Shown here piece after piece: positions 40,001 through 54,345 of a stretch of 64,000 nt of DNA (its first letter is position 1; each line of letters starts with the position of its first letter). Both the position numbers and the translations under genes were made by a program. The notes under the pieces were generated by a model. That model had not been told where the DNA came from, ran no database searches, and saw only the letters and a list, made by a program, of their open reading frames with translations. The DNA comes from Octopus sinensis (Eukaryota), in contig NC_043000.1 of NCBI RefSeq assembly GCF_006345805.1, positions 158,534,001-158,598,000 of the forward strand, read 5' to 3'.

Positions 40001-40606
40001 GTCCATTTCATATACACACACATACATCTTTCACTGTCTCCTCTCTTTCACGTTCTGCTCTCACTTTAAAGTAAATGTCACCTTTTCTCTTTCACCTCTC
40101 TTTCAGTTTCTGCTCTCTTGAAAGCATAAAGAACTTTTTTAAAATTTACGGAAAATTACGACCAATCATTCTAGCATGTCCGTGGTGACATTTGCGTTCC
40201 CCCGCCCCGCAATATTTATTTCACCAATTTCTTCCGATTCTTATGTTTGCGATACAGGAGATTATAATTTCACCAACAAAACAACTTCTCAATATTTTAA
40301 TTTTCTCACTCTCCACATCAAATTCATTTGTTAATTTTTTCAACTTTTCTTCTTGGAGAAAAAACAGAGTACGAATCTTTGAAAAAGCTGAACACTCGTA
40401 GTGTTTCACTTTTAGCTTTTTGGAAAGCGGGGAATTTTCTTGAGAAATAATGTTGTTTACATGTTGTTTGTACCATATCGGGTTTTCTGGTGGTGGTCTC
40501 GTATTATTTACGCCTGCTATCTCAGTAGTATTCTACGCATGCGGGAAACATCAGACAAAAGTGAAATATTGTGGTGGCTTATTTCTAATTTATATATATG
40601 ATGAAG

Positions 40607-40673
<67 letters not shown>

Positions 40674-40675
<2 letters not shown>

Positions 40676-40873
40676 TAATACAAACATGAAAACACAAAGA
40701 GAAAACACAACAACACGAGGACGTGGAACAAGTATAATGTTATTGGGCGCTCAGGAAAGGAAAGAGGGGGTTTAACTTTTCGAGCGAAGCTCTTCGTCAG
40801 AAAAAGAATAAAAGGAAAGATCCAAGGAAGGGAAGACAGAGGAAAGAAATCGCCAACGATACACATGCGGTCA
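40674..40873 (-). mobile_element. ~200-bp pLTR-like element with minimal hammerhead
   Basis: Minus strand ttt-CTGACGA-a-gagc/ttc/gctc-GAAA-AG-TT-aaac; embedded in (TA)n; three further copies in the window. Confidence 0.75.
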
Positions 40874-40891
40874 TATATATATATATATATA

Positions 40892-42172
40892 CGAGGGGCG
40901 TTCAATAAGTAATGCCCCTGGCCCACTTCCCATAGCAGTAGAGCAACGAAACTTGACACAGTTATTAGTCATTTTCTACATAGGAACCACCCAGAGTTAC
41001 GCATTTCTCCCATTGTTTAATGCAGCTCTGGAGACCGTTTTTGTAGAAGACCCCAGCTTGGTCCTCCAACCTGAACGTGACTTCAGAAATCAAGGCTGCA
41101 TCATCTGGGAAACGCTTTCCTTTCAAAAACAACTTCATGACTGGGAAGGGGTGAAAATCAGAGGGTGCAAGGTCAGGAGAGTATGGTCAGGAGAGATGGG
41201 GGAGGAGTTCATGCTTCTGATATGGCGACAAGCGAGTTGTGGACCGGAGCGTTGTCCTGCAGGAGGAGGATGCTTTGCTGATCTTGCCCCGCCTCTTGAT
41301 TTTGATAACTTCTCTTAATTTCCTCAAAAGTGAAGCATAATAGGCTCCTGCAATTGTGGTACCTTTGCCAGGAAATCTGTCATCACTACTCCGTCCTGGT
41401 CCCAGAAGACTGTGAGCATGACCTTGCCAGAGGAGGGCTGCACCCTTGCCTTTTTTGGATGGGGTGAGTCAAGGTGCTTCCACTGCATTGACTGGGCTTT
41501 GGTCTCTGGATCATAGTGATGGACCCAAGTTTCATCCTGTGTAATCAGTCTTTTGAAAAATTTTGACTCATTTACTTGGCACATCTTCAAATTCATCCTC
41601 GCGCTATCGACGCGTTCTTGTTTCTGGAAAGGTGTGAGCAGCCTGGGAATCCATCTGGCAGACACCTTTTGCATATGCAAATGGTCATGAATGATAGTTT
41701 CCACAGACCCGGTACTAATCTTGACCTCATGGGCTATTTGGCGAATAATTATGCGTCGATCTTCCAAAATCGCAGCCTCAACTTGACGGACAGATGCCTC
41801 ATCAATGGCAGAAGGGGCGACCAGATCTGGGAGCTGTTTCCACAGAGTTCCGACAATGTTTGAATTCACGATGCCAGCGTTTTACAAGGTCATATGATGG
41901 GGCATCATCACCATAAGTTACTTTCATTTCATCAAAAGTCTCCCTTGGTGTGCGTCCTTTCAAATACAAAAACCGGATCACTGCTCGACACTCAACAGGC
42001 TCCATTTCACACTTGACTCGGTTCAAACACCTGTAAATCAGAAACCACAATTAATTCAGAGCTGTAATTTGCCACTTTCTCTATAGAGATTGAAATAATT
42101 GCACATGCAAAATTTCAGCTAGATCAAACAACTGCAAGTGGGTCAGAGGCATTACTTATTGAACGTCCCTCG
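40892..42172 (-). mobile_element. full-length mariner (irritans-like by TIR and protein), frameshifted transposase
   Basis: TIRs CGAGGGGCGTTCAATAAGTAATGCC and GGCATTACTTATTGAACGTCCCTCG with TA flanks. MEPVECRAVIRFLYLKG..ARWIPRLL..ITQDETWVHHYDPETK..GKVMLTVFWD..LLQDNAP. Confidence 0.95.
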
Positions 42173-42592
42173 TATATAAATATGCATATATATATCCCAG
42201 ATTCGTAATTTCTGTATTTTTCCACGTAGATAACAAAAAAAAAATTATCGAAAAACTTACAGATTAAGAAATTGCGGTGGGCATTGGGGGACATCAACAT
42301 TTTAAAAAAGTCATTTCTGAACAAAATCGTATAACCCCACTCCATTTATACGATGACACAATACAGAATTTCTCATCGTTCTTAAGAACAGAAAGCACTT
42401 TCATGCAAACTGTACCTTCACCTTTAAGCAGACAATAACTTCCATTATGCCATGAACTATATATCAGATGTGCCGATTCTGCCTATAAGAAAGGAGCACA
42501 TTTTGGCTGTTGGTCATAAGAACCGGGCAACATCGGATGCATTGCTAGTGCCTGTGTGTGTGCATGTGTGTGTGTGTGTGTGTGTAGTGTGT

Positions 42593-42628
<36 letters not shown>

Positions 42629-42691
42629 ATGTGTGTGTGTGTGCGTGCGTGCATGGCTGTGCGTGTATAGAGAGACAGATAAATAGATAGA

Positions 42692-44037
42692 TAAGAGTGA
42701 TGGGCCAGAGGTTATCCATGAAGTTCCCCTTATTTGGATCTTTCTTTAGCAGTGCCACAGCACCTCGCTTTACAGAAACGGGATTACTCCCGTTTTGATG
42801 TCAGTTGCAGTAGACAGCTGCCAAGACGCCTCCAAAGTCTGGCATATGATAATAAAGTTCGTCGGGCAAACCATCCAAGCCTGTCGATTTGTCTCCCGCG
42901 CAGCCTGCCATTGCATCCTATACGTCCGCAGCTGTGATGGGTCTTTCACAACACTCCGCTCCTCTTGTTGAGAGTCGTGGCAGGGTGTGCAGGTAGGCAC
43001 TAAAGTCCACTCTACCTTATGACCCACCAGTTGTTTCGAACAGTCGGGCAAAGTGTTGTTGAAATGCATCACACATCATTTCAGGTTCGAGTAATTCGCG
43101 CCCCTGCTCATCTGTTAGAGACCTAATGGTGGCTTTGTTGCCTCGTTGCGCCTCCGCCACTCGCACCTCTTAGGCGGCTCCGACTCCTTCGTTCCTCAGA
43201 GCACGCATCCTAGATCTGACAACGCAACCTTCATGTTTGGCATTGAAATGTTGGTCGAGAGCCGACCTCGCCGCCAGTACGTTGAACGTGATGCCAGTTC
43301 TAAGTGCCTCGTCTAATTTCTTAACTAGGTCTCCCTCTATTCTATTTCGGTTTAATGCTAGGGCATTACTGTACCTAACTGATTCTGCTTTGGGAGCTTT
43401 CTTTAGGCCATTTCACCATCTATTGCTGACGATAGCGCCCGTCAGTGCACTCTGAACTAATGTGCTAATCCAGTCCCTGTAAACCTGGTGTGCCATGAAC
43501 GACGCGTTCAGCTTCCAGTAACCGGGACGCTGCCTATGTGTTATATATGTGTCACAAATTTGTTATATATGTAGCTGACTATATGGAATTGTGGACAGCC
43601 TACTCTATCCTTATCCGCTTTCCTACAGAATACTCTATCTAAATACGATCTGGACGACCTGATGTTGTTGTTCCATGTCCACATTGGCACATTCACGTGG
43701 TCCAGTCGTTACCTGTCAGATAGTTGGAAACGTCTGAGCAGGTCTTTGAGGCATTTACATCCCCTCCTATTCCTGTTACTATGCACGTAGTCTAGATGCG
43801 TGTCCAATGTAGCGTTCCAATCCTCCATTAAAAGTAAAGGTCGAGACGTTTCCACGAAAGCCTCTGGACGTCGAAAGAAACCTGGCCAACCTGATAAAGA
43901 CGGTGCAAAAAGTGTTAGTCAAAAAACACACCCATTACTGCCATCGAAATCCAAGACGACCAGCCTACTAACCAGGTCTAGGAAAATTGCTTTTACTTTG
44001 AGGTCCAGACTTTTCCGGAAAAGCACCGCGGTGTCAC
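42692..44037 (-). mobile_element. L1/Tx1-clade LINE ORF2 fragment (APE endonuclease to start of RT)
   Basis: Minus strand LLLMEDWNATLD..WTWNN..SRSYLDRVF..PGYWKLNAS..GDKSTGLDGLPDELY..VALLKKDP..DNLWPITL, with stops and frameshifts. Confidence 0.85.
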
Positions 44038-44039
44038 AC

Positions 44040-44423
<384 letters not shown>

Positions 44424-45189
44424 ACATATACATGGAGAGATATAGTTTATCAAATATCAAGTTACTCTATTTGATACTATATCAGCTGAGACATTTGTAA
44501 TCTCTTCGAAAGAATTATCCTCCGACTATACAGCAATTTCCAACATTCTTTAGCAAATGCATTAGAGATTCCTCTGTTCCTTCGCTACATGCAGAGTACG
44601 TGATATGTCCATCTACTCACATGAACATAAGCGTAATATTTTCATGACTTTAGTATTATATTTTAAATCATACAGAATGTGAATTGTTCTTTGTCTTTTT
44701 TTTACGACTATTTAGTTATATTTGAGATATAAAATATTTAGAAATTTAGTACTGGGAGTTTTTCAATAAATATCGACTACATGCATTTTAAAAAAGCGTT
44801 AGTTCATCCAGTGAAACAAAAAAACTTCATAGGCTTTATTGAAAAACACATTAAAGAAACGCCTTGTGACATACGAAGCTCTCAAACATTGATACCTTAG
44901 CATCGAAACAAGAAAATTTGAACGTATTTTAAATGTGGATAAAAAAAATATTCAGACAAATACATAGCTTACACACTAGGACTAACAGATATATAACATA
45001 CAGAAAATAGTATATCTAGGCACCGCTCGCATCCTACGTAAAACACTTCCAATACAGTGACATTAAGAGCATCACAAAACCACAGTACAGACCTGCGTTT
45101 ACGCACATACACACACATACTTCCTTCTCTTGCACTCTCCTGTCTTTGAAAGAACTTTCTTTTCACCCATTCCCTTCCGATCATTTCAA

Positions 45190-45398
45190 TATGTGACCGC
45201 GTGTGTATCGTTGACAATTTTCTTTCTCTGTCTTCCCTTCCTTGGGCCTTTCCTTTTTCCATGTTTCTGACGACGAGCTCCACTCGAAACGTTATAGTCC
45301 TCCTTCTTTCTCCCCTTTCCTGCCCGTCCAATAACACTATACTTGTTCCACGTCCTCGCGTTGTTGTGTCTTCTCTTTGTTCATATTTGGATTAACTA
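45190..45398 (+). mobile_element. ~200-bp pLTR-like element with minimal hammerhead
   Basis: gttt-CTGACGA(45267)-c-gag/ctcca/ctc-GAAA-CG-TT; homologous to 40674-40873. Confidence 0.75.
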
Positions 45399-45399
45399 C

Positions 45400-45440
<41 letters not shown>

Positions 45441-46823
45441 CAGATTCAGAAACATAGACGTATATAAGCTCCGCTCTTTGTCGGATAACATTCATCTTTA
45501 ACTGAATGAATTCTCTGAAATATGCTGTTGTCCGACGTGTTGCATTCTTCCGGTTATCTCAATCTATATAGACAACGTATATGATAATTATCTTTCTGAC
45601 AATCTATAATCATATCTCGATATGCTTCTAGTTTTTAATATTCATGTTTCACCTTCAATAACTATGTAAGTGTCTCTCACTAAGTGAATATGCATTTTTG
45701 TGTTTGTAGCTGTCAGTATCCGCATGCATATTATCAGGCGTAACTCATCCGTCTTTGTGATATTCGCTTTAATGTGTAGTAAACTGAAAATAAAAATTAC
45801 ATTTAAACATTTGGTTGAATAGATAACTTGAAATTTGATACATTAGATAAACTTAATGCAATCATCAATCATATTCCGTTAGTTATTATTTTCCTCTTAT
45901 GCTGTTCTCGGTTATTGTTTTGATGTGTTTGTATTTCGCCATTTTTGCTTTCCTCTCCTTCTTATTGTATAATACATTTATACAATAATTTATACAGTAA
46001 TATCTGAATATTGAATTAATCCAGTACGTTTTTAGTTACATTCTTTGCATTACCGGGTACAAATAACAACCGTATCTATCCTCCTTTTATTTATCAGGGA
46101 ACGGTAGGACACACAGCTCTATCACTCGCGCGCTTCCTTTCATACGCGCTATCATTTGTTTGTTCTAATGTTAGGTCTCGTTATAATAACGAATTTATCC
46201 TAGCAGAAGACCATTTGTAATATAGCTAGGTTCGCATCCCCATGACTAATATATCCTTTAAATGTTGGTCGGTGGGATGTGGTACTTCAGTGTTCGACAA
46301 TTATTGAGAATCTACAAAGATCAGTTGAGTCTCATAATGGAGCATTACTTACATATCGAGAACAGTGTACACAATGACATCCTGAACCATATTCAGGAAT
46401 GGGCCACCGAGGTAACCGACACAAAGGTCTGCTGTTTCTTCCCTCTGCCTTTTTTAAATATTAGCCTCTTTGCCCCATCGATATGGCCGTGTTCATACTA
46501 CAACAACAAATCAGGCTCTCCAAAAAAGGTATTGTCTTTTCCCTCTCATTATATCTGATGTACCCACCAACCAAAACACTAATAACCAGAACGGGAAGTC
46601 AAATTCTGCTTAACGTTCATTTATTTACGTTTCTTACCTTCTCATTTCAATGCCAGAATTGTTAAGCTACAAACTAAGAAGTACAGTAATGGTACCAATA
46701 TCACCCATCTAAAGAGGATCTTCAATGGCCATGGGCACTTGTTTGTGGTCAGACCATATGGGGTCTACATTTAGCATAGTGGATGTCCACCTTGTGGTCA
46801 TCCCACTTATATGTATATATATA

Positions 46824-46869
<46 letters not shown>

Positions 46870-46953
46870 GTCAGACAGTTTGATTTAAATTCAAATAAAG
46901 TTTCAAGCATGATGCTAGTATTCACCCACTGGAACTGGACTTTTGTATGTGTT

Positions 46954-47038
<85 letters not shown>

Positions 47039-47039
47039 G

Positions 47040-47077
<38 letters not shown>

Positions 47078-47079
47078 TT

Positions 47080-47270
47080 ATGTGTACCGTTGGCGATTTT
47101 TTTCCTCTGTCTTCCCTTCTCTGGATCTTTCCTTCTCCTATGTTTCCGACGAAGAGCTACGCTCGAAACGTTAAACCCTCCTTCTCTCCTTCTTTCCTGA
47201 GCGTCCAATAATACTATATTTGTTCCACGTCCTCGCGTTGTTGTGTTTTTTTGTGCTTTCTTTTTGGGAT
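47080..47270 (+). mobile_element. ~200-bp pLTR-like element with minimal hammerhead variant
   Basis: gttt-CCGACGA-a-gagc/tac/gctc-GAAA-CG-TT-aaac at 47142-47176. Confidence 0.75.
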
Positions 47271-47478
47271 ATATATATATGCGCACGTGACTACGCGTGT
47301 TTATTAAAAATTTGCTTCGGCTTCGTGGCACTTTCATTCGTATGACAAGACTACGAAACTTCTGAAGCAAATCATAAAGACATAGAAACATACATACAAA
47401 TATACATACATATATGCATGCATACATACATACATACAAGCATACATACATACATACATACATACATACATACATACA

Positions 47479-47512
<34 letters not shown>

Positions 47513-48171
47513 CACATATATTCATACATTTCACCACAAAGCATTTTTTTGGTCTTTCTCCTTTCACACATTTTTTTTCCATTGTATACCTATCAACATA
47601 TTTGTAAATACATTTTCTTGCACGTTTTGGTGACCTTTCAATGCAATCCAGTTTGGGGGGTAGGGTGGAAAAAAATAAGAAAAGAAGGGAGGGTGCAACA
47701 TCATTAAAAATTTTTTTAAAAAAACAGTTTAAAAAAACCTATGAAAATATGTATTCCTTTACATTTGTATAGTCAAGTCCCATATCCTGTGTAGTTCCAC
47801 ATTTTGCATGAATATATATTACGTATTAGTACCACATTCATAAATTAGGAAAATTAAGTCAGAATATAAAAGAATATTTTGGTACTACTTATAATTCTAT
47901 CTATTCTCTATGAACATTTGCTCAAACATCATAAATGAGTTTTATATGTATAATATATATTTAGCTGGAAGCCATTCTCTAGGATATATATTATATAATA
48001 AATCAGAGCCTGCTTAAATAGAGTTCTTGAGTATCTTTCATCGTTTTCTAGGATTTATTTTACTTTCCCTTGCTCGTTTGGATAAGGTAGATCTTCTCCA
48101 CGAATTACCTTGCCAAGTATCTACATTAAATATCTTTCTATATACATACATATACATACACACACACACAC

Positions 48172-48256
<85 letters not shown>

Positions 48257-48410
48257 CGAGAAGTTGAGGTTATAAGAGATAATGGTGTCATTGAGACCCA
48301 AACGTGTCAGGTAGTGCTGAATAAGTGCCATAGATAGACCATAGTTAAGTTCCAGATTCAGTAATATAGCGAATAAAGGGTTCAACGTTGGTTCAATGTC
48401 AGTGTGTGTA

Positions 48411-48617
48411 TATAAGAATTGTTTGCGGAATAATATAAGAAACCAAGGCTGTGTAGATATTAGAGCATTTATAGATAGAAGGCCTTACAGCTGTTTCTAG
48501 GATATTCAGAATATCTTACAGCTGTTTCCTAGAAACAGCTCTCAGACCTTTTATCTATAAATGCTCTAATATCTACACAGCCTTGTTTTTTTTCTTATTA
48601 CGCAAAAAAGTCTTATA
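48411..48617. repeat. inverted repeat containing the 3' half of a hammerhead-like motif
   Basis: CAAGGCTGTGTAGATATTAGAGCATTTATAGATA..CAGCTGTTTCTAGGA versus TCCTAGAAACAGCT..TATCTATAAATGCTCTAATATCTACACAGCCTTG. Confidence 0.85.
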
Positions 48618-51600
48618 TATATATATATATATATGATCATTTATAGAGATGTGTATCACGTTATTAACTTTGGAGCCACATTCACAAACAATAGTAATAC
48701 TGTAATATAAAGGTTTTCTCTTCATCCATCATCATTACTATTATCTTTTCCATAACACCGTGTCCATTTTTGTTTTGTACTACTCCTGTACCTTCATCCC
48801 TATATTGTCCTATGTCGGTTTTATCTCATTTTTAAAGTACATTACTATATAGCAATAATATATGTCCTTTGTATATCATGTTTTTCTCAATCAGGTTATG
48901 CATATCAAAGGGTTTTTTTATACTTTATAATTCATTTGGTATATTAAGTATTTTATTTGTTGTCACAATGAAAGTTTTTTTTTTATTCTACTTCATTGTT
49001 ATCTTTAAGTTCGCAGGTTCATTATAAAATATGCTAAAATTATTCAATATGAAATGTGATATTTTCTTTTTAAGTATCATAGACAAGTTGATTTTGATAT
49101 ATATATATAGTTCTAAAAGACTTCTTTTGAAACATTCGTTACTTTGTTGTTTTACCGATATACATACACCTGCCTCCTCTCCTCTATACATATACTATAC
49201 AAAATTCAAATCCTTAAACTCATTTGTTTTGGCTGCGCATTAAGTTAAATTTAGAATATAAGTATATGCATGACAGAAGATCTGTAGAACTATTCAAGTT
49301 ACTTTTATCACGCAACTGTTATTCCACGCTTTATCTCATGCTCCTATACACACATATACGTGTATGTATGTATTATTATGTATGTACATACGTACGCATA
49401 TATGTATGTTTGCATGTTTGCATGTATGTATGTATCAATGTGACGAGAGAGGGAGAGAATATCGAATTTACGAGACTATTCAGAACCACTACGATTGTTT
49501 CAAATCATCATGCACCCGTGCCTTAAAGGTGACATTGTACAACCAATTGTCATGCATTATCGTTTCACATATACCTCTTCAGGTGACTTTTCAAAAATGT
49601 ACCTCGATTTTACGTGCCGTTTCGCTTATTTCTATAACATTATATTTTAGTTATTGTAGCAATCCTTCCGGTTCCATAATTAACTCAGACACAAAGGAAG
49701 TCCTTATCCAAATCCAGTGGCTTATACTTTCGTCTTGTTGTTGACGTCAGATAACCGAATACAATTGAAAAGAATTGGCTGCAAATTTATTTACTATTGT
49801 TTCATGGGGTTTCGTTTGGAGTTAAAGTTTGCAATACCCCACGATGACAGAGTTTGCAGATCTCTCAATATCTAAAGCATAGACATACTTTTGGATACTA
49901 ACCTCAGTGTATGATATGGTAGATATAATTCGAAGATCATAGTTAATATGTTAGGAATTAGGTGTTTTGCCACGAGGGAAATCAACGATATTTATTTAAA
50001 CTTCTACTCTAATCGCACCTGTTCACCTCACCTAATGTGGAATTTCTAAATTTGTGACGATTCTAGACAAGTTGAAGTGAATAGGTGCGATATCCGCCTG
50101 ATTTGGTTTCATTGTTTTCTCTGTATGTCTTCACAACCCCAATTAACTGTAGGTGTTTCACATTGACATTATTGATTCTATCATTAGAACTTTGGGAGAC
50201 GGCACAGACAGTTATATTGACTGATAATTATTCGGTCGACATCGTAAGCAGAGATAATTCACAAGTATAGAAAGTCTGAAAGTAAATGGCTGTAGCGAAA
50301 TGGCAAGTAATATTTTGTCCGATATTCTTAGAATTCAATCAGTGACACTGAAGTTTCCTCGCAACTAATAATGAAAATCTGATAATTAAACTCCGAAAGA
50401 TATCATAACTTTAAAAATCTTAGATTCGGTTAAACTTTCAGTAGAATTCAAATAACTTGACCCACAATATTTTTTTTTTTAAACTGAAAAAAATATATAT
50501 ATTTGTAAAATATTTACCATAAAGCACGAAGGGAAATGTGCGATATAATTAAACAAAATTATTTGGCAATATAGTTTAGCAAGACATTCAATTACAATTT
50601 GTACATCTCAATGTCAGCTGTCAGCTAGCAACAAAAATAGTGTTAAAAATTATTAATTATTAAATTGTCTGTCACTGTTACCGGTCATAGTTTTGTTGAA
50701 ATCTTGCGGACAAATATAAAAGCCACCCATACTGCCGTGTTGAATAATTGATATGGCTTGAAAGAAATAAGTTCCATCCATATGGTTAATAAATTATGTA
50801 TATTAATCGTCAACACGTTGTTTCTATGTTCTCAGGGTCTTTATGGTTTATACGAGATAATTTTGTTAACAGAAAGTATCGGCGTTAAGAATAAAAAAAG
50901 TATTTATTACCCTAGTATAAAAAGCAAAGTTAGTTTAAACTTTCGGAGACCAGGATAGGGGACCGAAGAATGTTTCATTGGTGAATTCTGTTAACTATGG
51001 TGAACTGGTCTGAAAATGAATATGCCATTGTAAATTCAATATCGTTTTTAAAAGAGATGCCATTTAAAGTTCAAATAGTAAATTATATGTTACAAAATAT
51101 ATTTTTTTCACTGGTAAAGACATAATTAAAATGTTAAGCTGTGCTTTGTGTATAATAAAGTCATGTGATATAGTGATATCATTTTTACGACAGATATTCA
51201 AATGATATAATTTCATAACAATAAGTGAAATTAAAACGTATCTTTATTAGATATCAGTGAATGATTTTCTTGGAACATATTCCTGACCAAAATACATACT
51301 GCCGATGATTTGAACTCGATAATAAAGGCACACTAAAAGCTCCCCCATTATGTAATACCCTCACTACTAATTCAAGTTATTCATTTTGTAGCACAATAGT
51401 TGTGTCTCATTCCGCAAATTGGATCTTTATTATATTTCATCGTGTCCGCTATACCTGGATAGCCAATAATACAGGAACACTTAAGTGGTGAAGCGAACAG
51501 CATGTCGATTTAGGTAACACAGAAATTTGTGAACATATCAGGTTTGAGTTATTATTAGTTGAGTAATTTAAGTAATTTCTTTGAAAAACATGCTTTATTA

Positions 51601-53189
51601 CGATAGGTAATGTAACATATTATTTCCCAGAAAATAGAATCATGTACCTGAATTTGTATCTTGAAAACATAATTTCTTTTACTATTACTGCTGCAGATGT
51701 CTCTGAAAATACACGAGTTCGATATATTATGTGATAACGTTCATAACAATAGCACGAGCTTATATGCCAATACTAGATCATATACTGAGCGAAAGAACTA
51801 CACATAGAAAAAGAATAATGTTTGCGTACATGGCTGCATTATTGCTCAAAACTTCTTTCAGTTTAAATACTCTTATGGGGCAGCTGAATGTAGTACAGAT
51901 CTGTGGAAAGAGAGCCAAATTATCAAGGATGAAAAATCCCATTAAATTTGGGTATACTTTTCCACCCGCCCCGACCATTGTCAATTCAATTATGGTTGTC
52001 AATTCAATTATTTATCGGGTATGATTTAATATGCATTTCCGTACTTGCTTTGCTAGAAAAGTCGAGTGTAATTTAGGAAAGATTTGCTGCAATTTCTGCC
52101 ATATCAAGCAACCAAATAATGGATTTTCGTTGTTTTCGTTTGTTTATTTTTCGTTGCTTTAAATTAATGTGTCGAATGTGTCGAATAATATTCTCATCGC
52201 ATCTAGGTGTCTGAAATGGATATTGCAAATCTGACGATTAAAAGATGTTAGTTTTGCTTTCTTATATCGGCCATTATCATGTTTAAAGCAAACATATTAC
52301 ACATCGTAGTTTTCTTCCGTTATGTAATAATCAATCTGTCACTACTTACTGACATGTTCATAACAGATAAGTAGTTACCGTCATCACATTGTAAAATACA
52401 ATGTTTGGTTATATACAAAGTATAAATTACATTTTTAACGAAGTTATTTTTCTTGAATGAAGTGAAAATATTGTCATAAAGCTAACGTTTGTTTATAATA
52501 AAATAAATGTTTATCCTGTACTTTAGCTGCACGTACCCATGTTGTGAGAAAATTTCACAGATATGTAATATTTCTCACTAAACTGAAATCCACAGGGATA
52601 CACACACAAACAAACACACAGACACACACAGAGAGGTAAAGAGAAGCGATATATGTTTAAAATTTTAAGAACCTCGCTTTGCAGACACCAGGCCTTTGTT
52701 TCGAACCCATTACGTTGCATCTTGAAACATACTTCTCCATAGTCTTGAGTCGTCTATTAACATTCTTAGTAACACTCGAAAGTAGAAAACTTTGTTGAAG
52801 TCCATAGAATAAATTATTACTGTATTGCAAAATGTTCCTCTGATAGTAAGTTATCGATTTGTGTAGTTTATGAAAAATATATGCCTTGCACATGAAACAT
52901 GCAGCGCCATGAGTGAGATATAAATGATTGATTGATTGAGCAGCATATTATTTGGTAGGTTGACTTGATAATTTGCGCTCACAGTAACGCAGACAAATGT
53001 AACTTGCATTAGCTCAGGTATATAATTAAACTGTTGTTTTGGGGGAAAAGAAACAATCAATTTTTCTCTTTCTAAAAGACATTCGGGGCCCCGTTGTTTG
53101 CAAGTCGCTGTCACAAATACCGATACACACTTGTCAAATGGAAGCTAATATACTACAGCTCTTGAAAACTATATATAAATATATATATA

Positions 53190-53407
53190 GTTAATCCAAA
53201 CATGAAAACACAAAAAAAAAAACAAAAAAAAACACAACGACGCGAGGACGTGGAACAAATAAAGTATTATTGGACGCTCAGGAAAGAAGGGAAGAAGGAG
53301 GGTTTAACGTTTCGAGCGGAGCTCTTCGTCGGAAACATAGGAGAAGGAAAGATCCCGGGAAGGGAAGACAGAGGAAAAAAATCGCCAACGGTACTCACGA
53401 GGTCACA
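53190..53407 (-). mobile_element. ~200-bp pLTR-like element with minimal hammerhead variant
   Basis: Minus strand gttt-CCGACGA-a-gagc/tcc/gctc-GAAA-CG-TT-aaac at 53302-53336. Confidence 0.75.
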
Positions 53408-53422
53408 TTTTATATACCACTA

Positions 53423-53790
53423 TGCTGTGTGGTAAGTAGCCTGCTACCAACAGCATGGTTCCAGGTTCAGTCCCACTGCGTGGCGCCTTCGGCAAGTATC
53501 TTCTACTATAGCCTCAGGCCGACTAAAGCCTTGTGAGTGGAATTGGTAGACGGAATGTGAAAAGAAGCCTGTCCTATATATGTATATATATATATGTGTA
53601 TGTGTGTTTGTGTGTCCGTGTTTGTCCCCCCAGCATCGCTTGACAACCGATGCTGGTGCGTTTACGTTCACGTAACTTAGCGATAGCATAAGTACTAGGT
53701 TTACAAGAAATATGTCCTGGGATCGATTTGTTCGACTAAAGGCGGTGCTCCAGCACTGCCGCAGTCAAAAGACTCAAACAAGTAAAAGAG
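53423..53790 (+). mobile_element. SINE family A
   Basis: GCTGTGTGGTAAGTAGC..GGTTCAGTCCCACTGCGTGG..(TA/TG)n..GGCGGTGCTCCAGCA..AAACAAGTAAAAGAG. Confidence 0.9.
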
Positions 53791-54142
53791 TATCAAAATA
53801 TCAGCTAAGCATCTGTATTTTTGTGAGCGTAATTGCAATACTTTTCGAAATTATTTACAACTCATTTAAAATGTTTGAAAATGCTGTTATTGTCGGTGCT
53901 CTTCAACACGCTTAACAGCGAAATGCTGATTATGATTATGGGAATAAAATACTAATAAATGAGTAGCTAGTTTACTTGAATTACACTTTGATTTCAAACC
54001 ACGCCTGTGACGAAGTCGGTGTTTATACGGGTGATAAACTCACAAGAATTACGTACCATTTATGCTTTTACTTCCAACAAAATGTAATCTAGCATTTCAA
54101 ATAATATATAAAATATATTTGGGTATTATATTCTTAACACTT

Positions 54143-54345
54143 AAGGCAGCGAGCTGACAGAATAATTAACACGTGGGCGAAATGCTTAGCGGTATTTCGT
54201 CTGTCTTTACGTTCTGAATTTAAATTTCGCCGAGGTCGACTTTACTTTTCATAATTTTGGGATCGACAAATTAAGTACCATTTGAGTACTGGTTTCGATC
54301 TAATCTGCCCCCAAATTTCAGACTTTGTGCCTAGAGTAGAAAGGA
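54143..54345 (+). mobile_element. SINE family B
   Basis: GGCAGCGAGCTGACAGAAT..GGCGAAATGCTTAGCGGTATTTCGTC..CGCCGAGGTCGACTTT. Confidence 0.8.

Noticed and set aside
46262-46558. 98-aa ORF with ordinary composition
   Set aside because: No motif recognised, and the length is within chance expectation.
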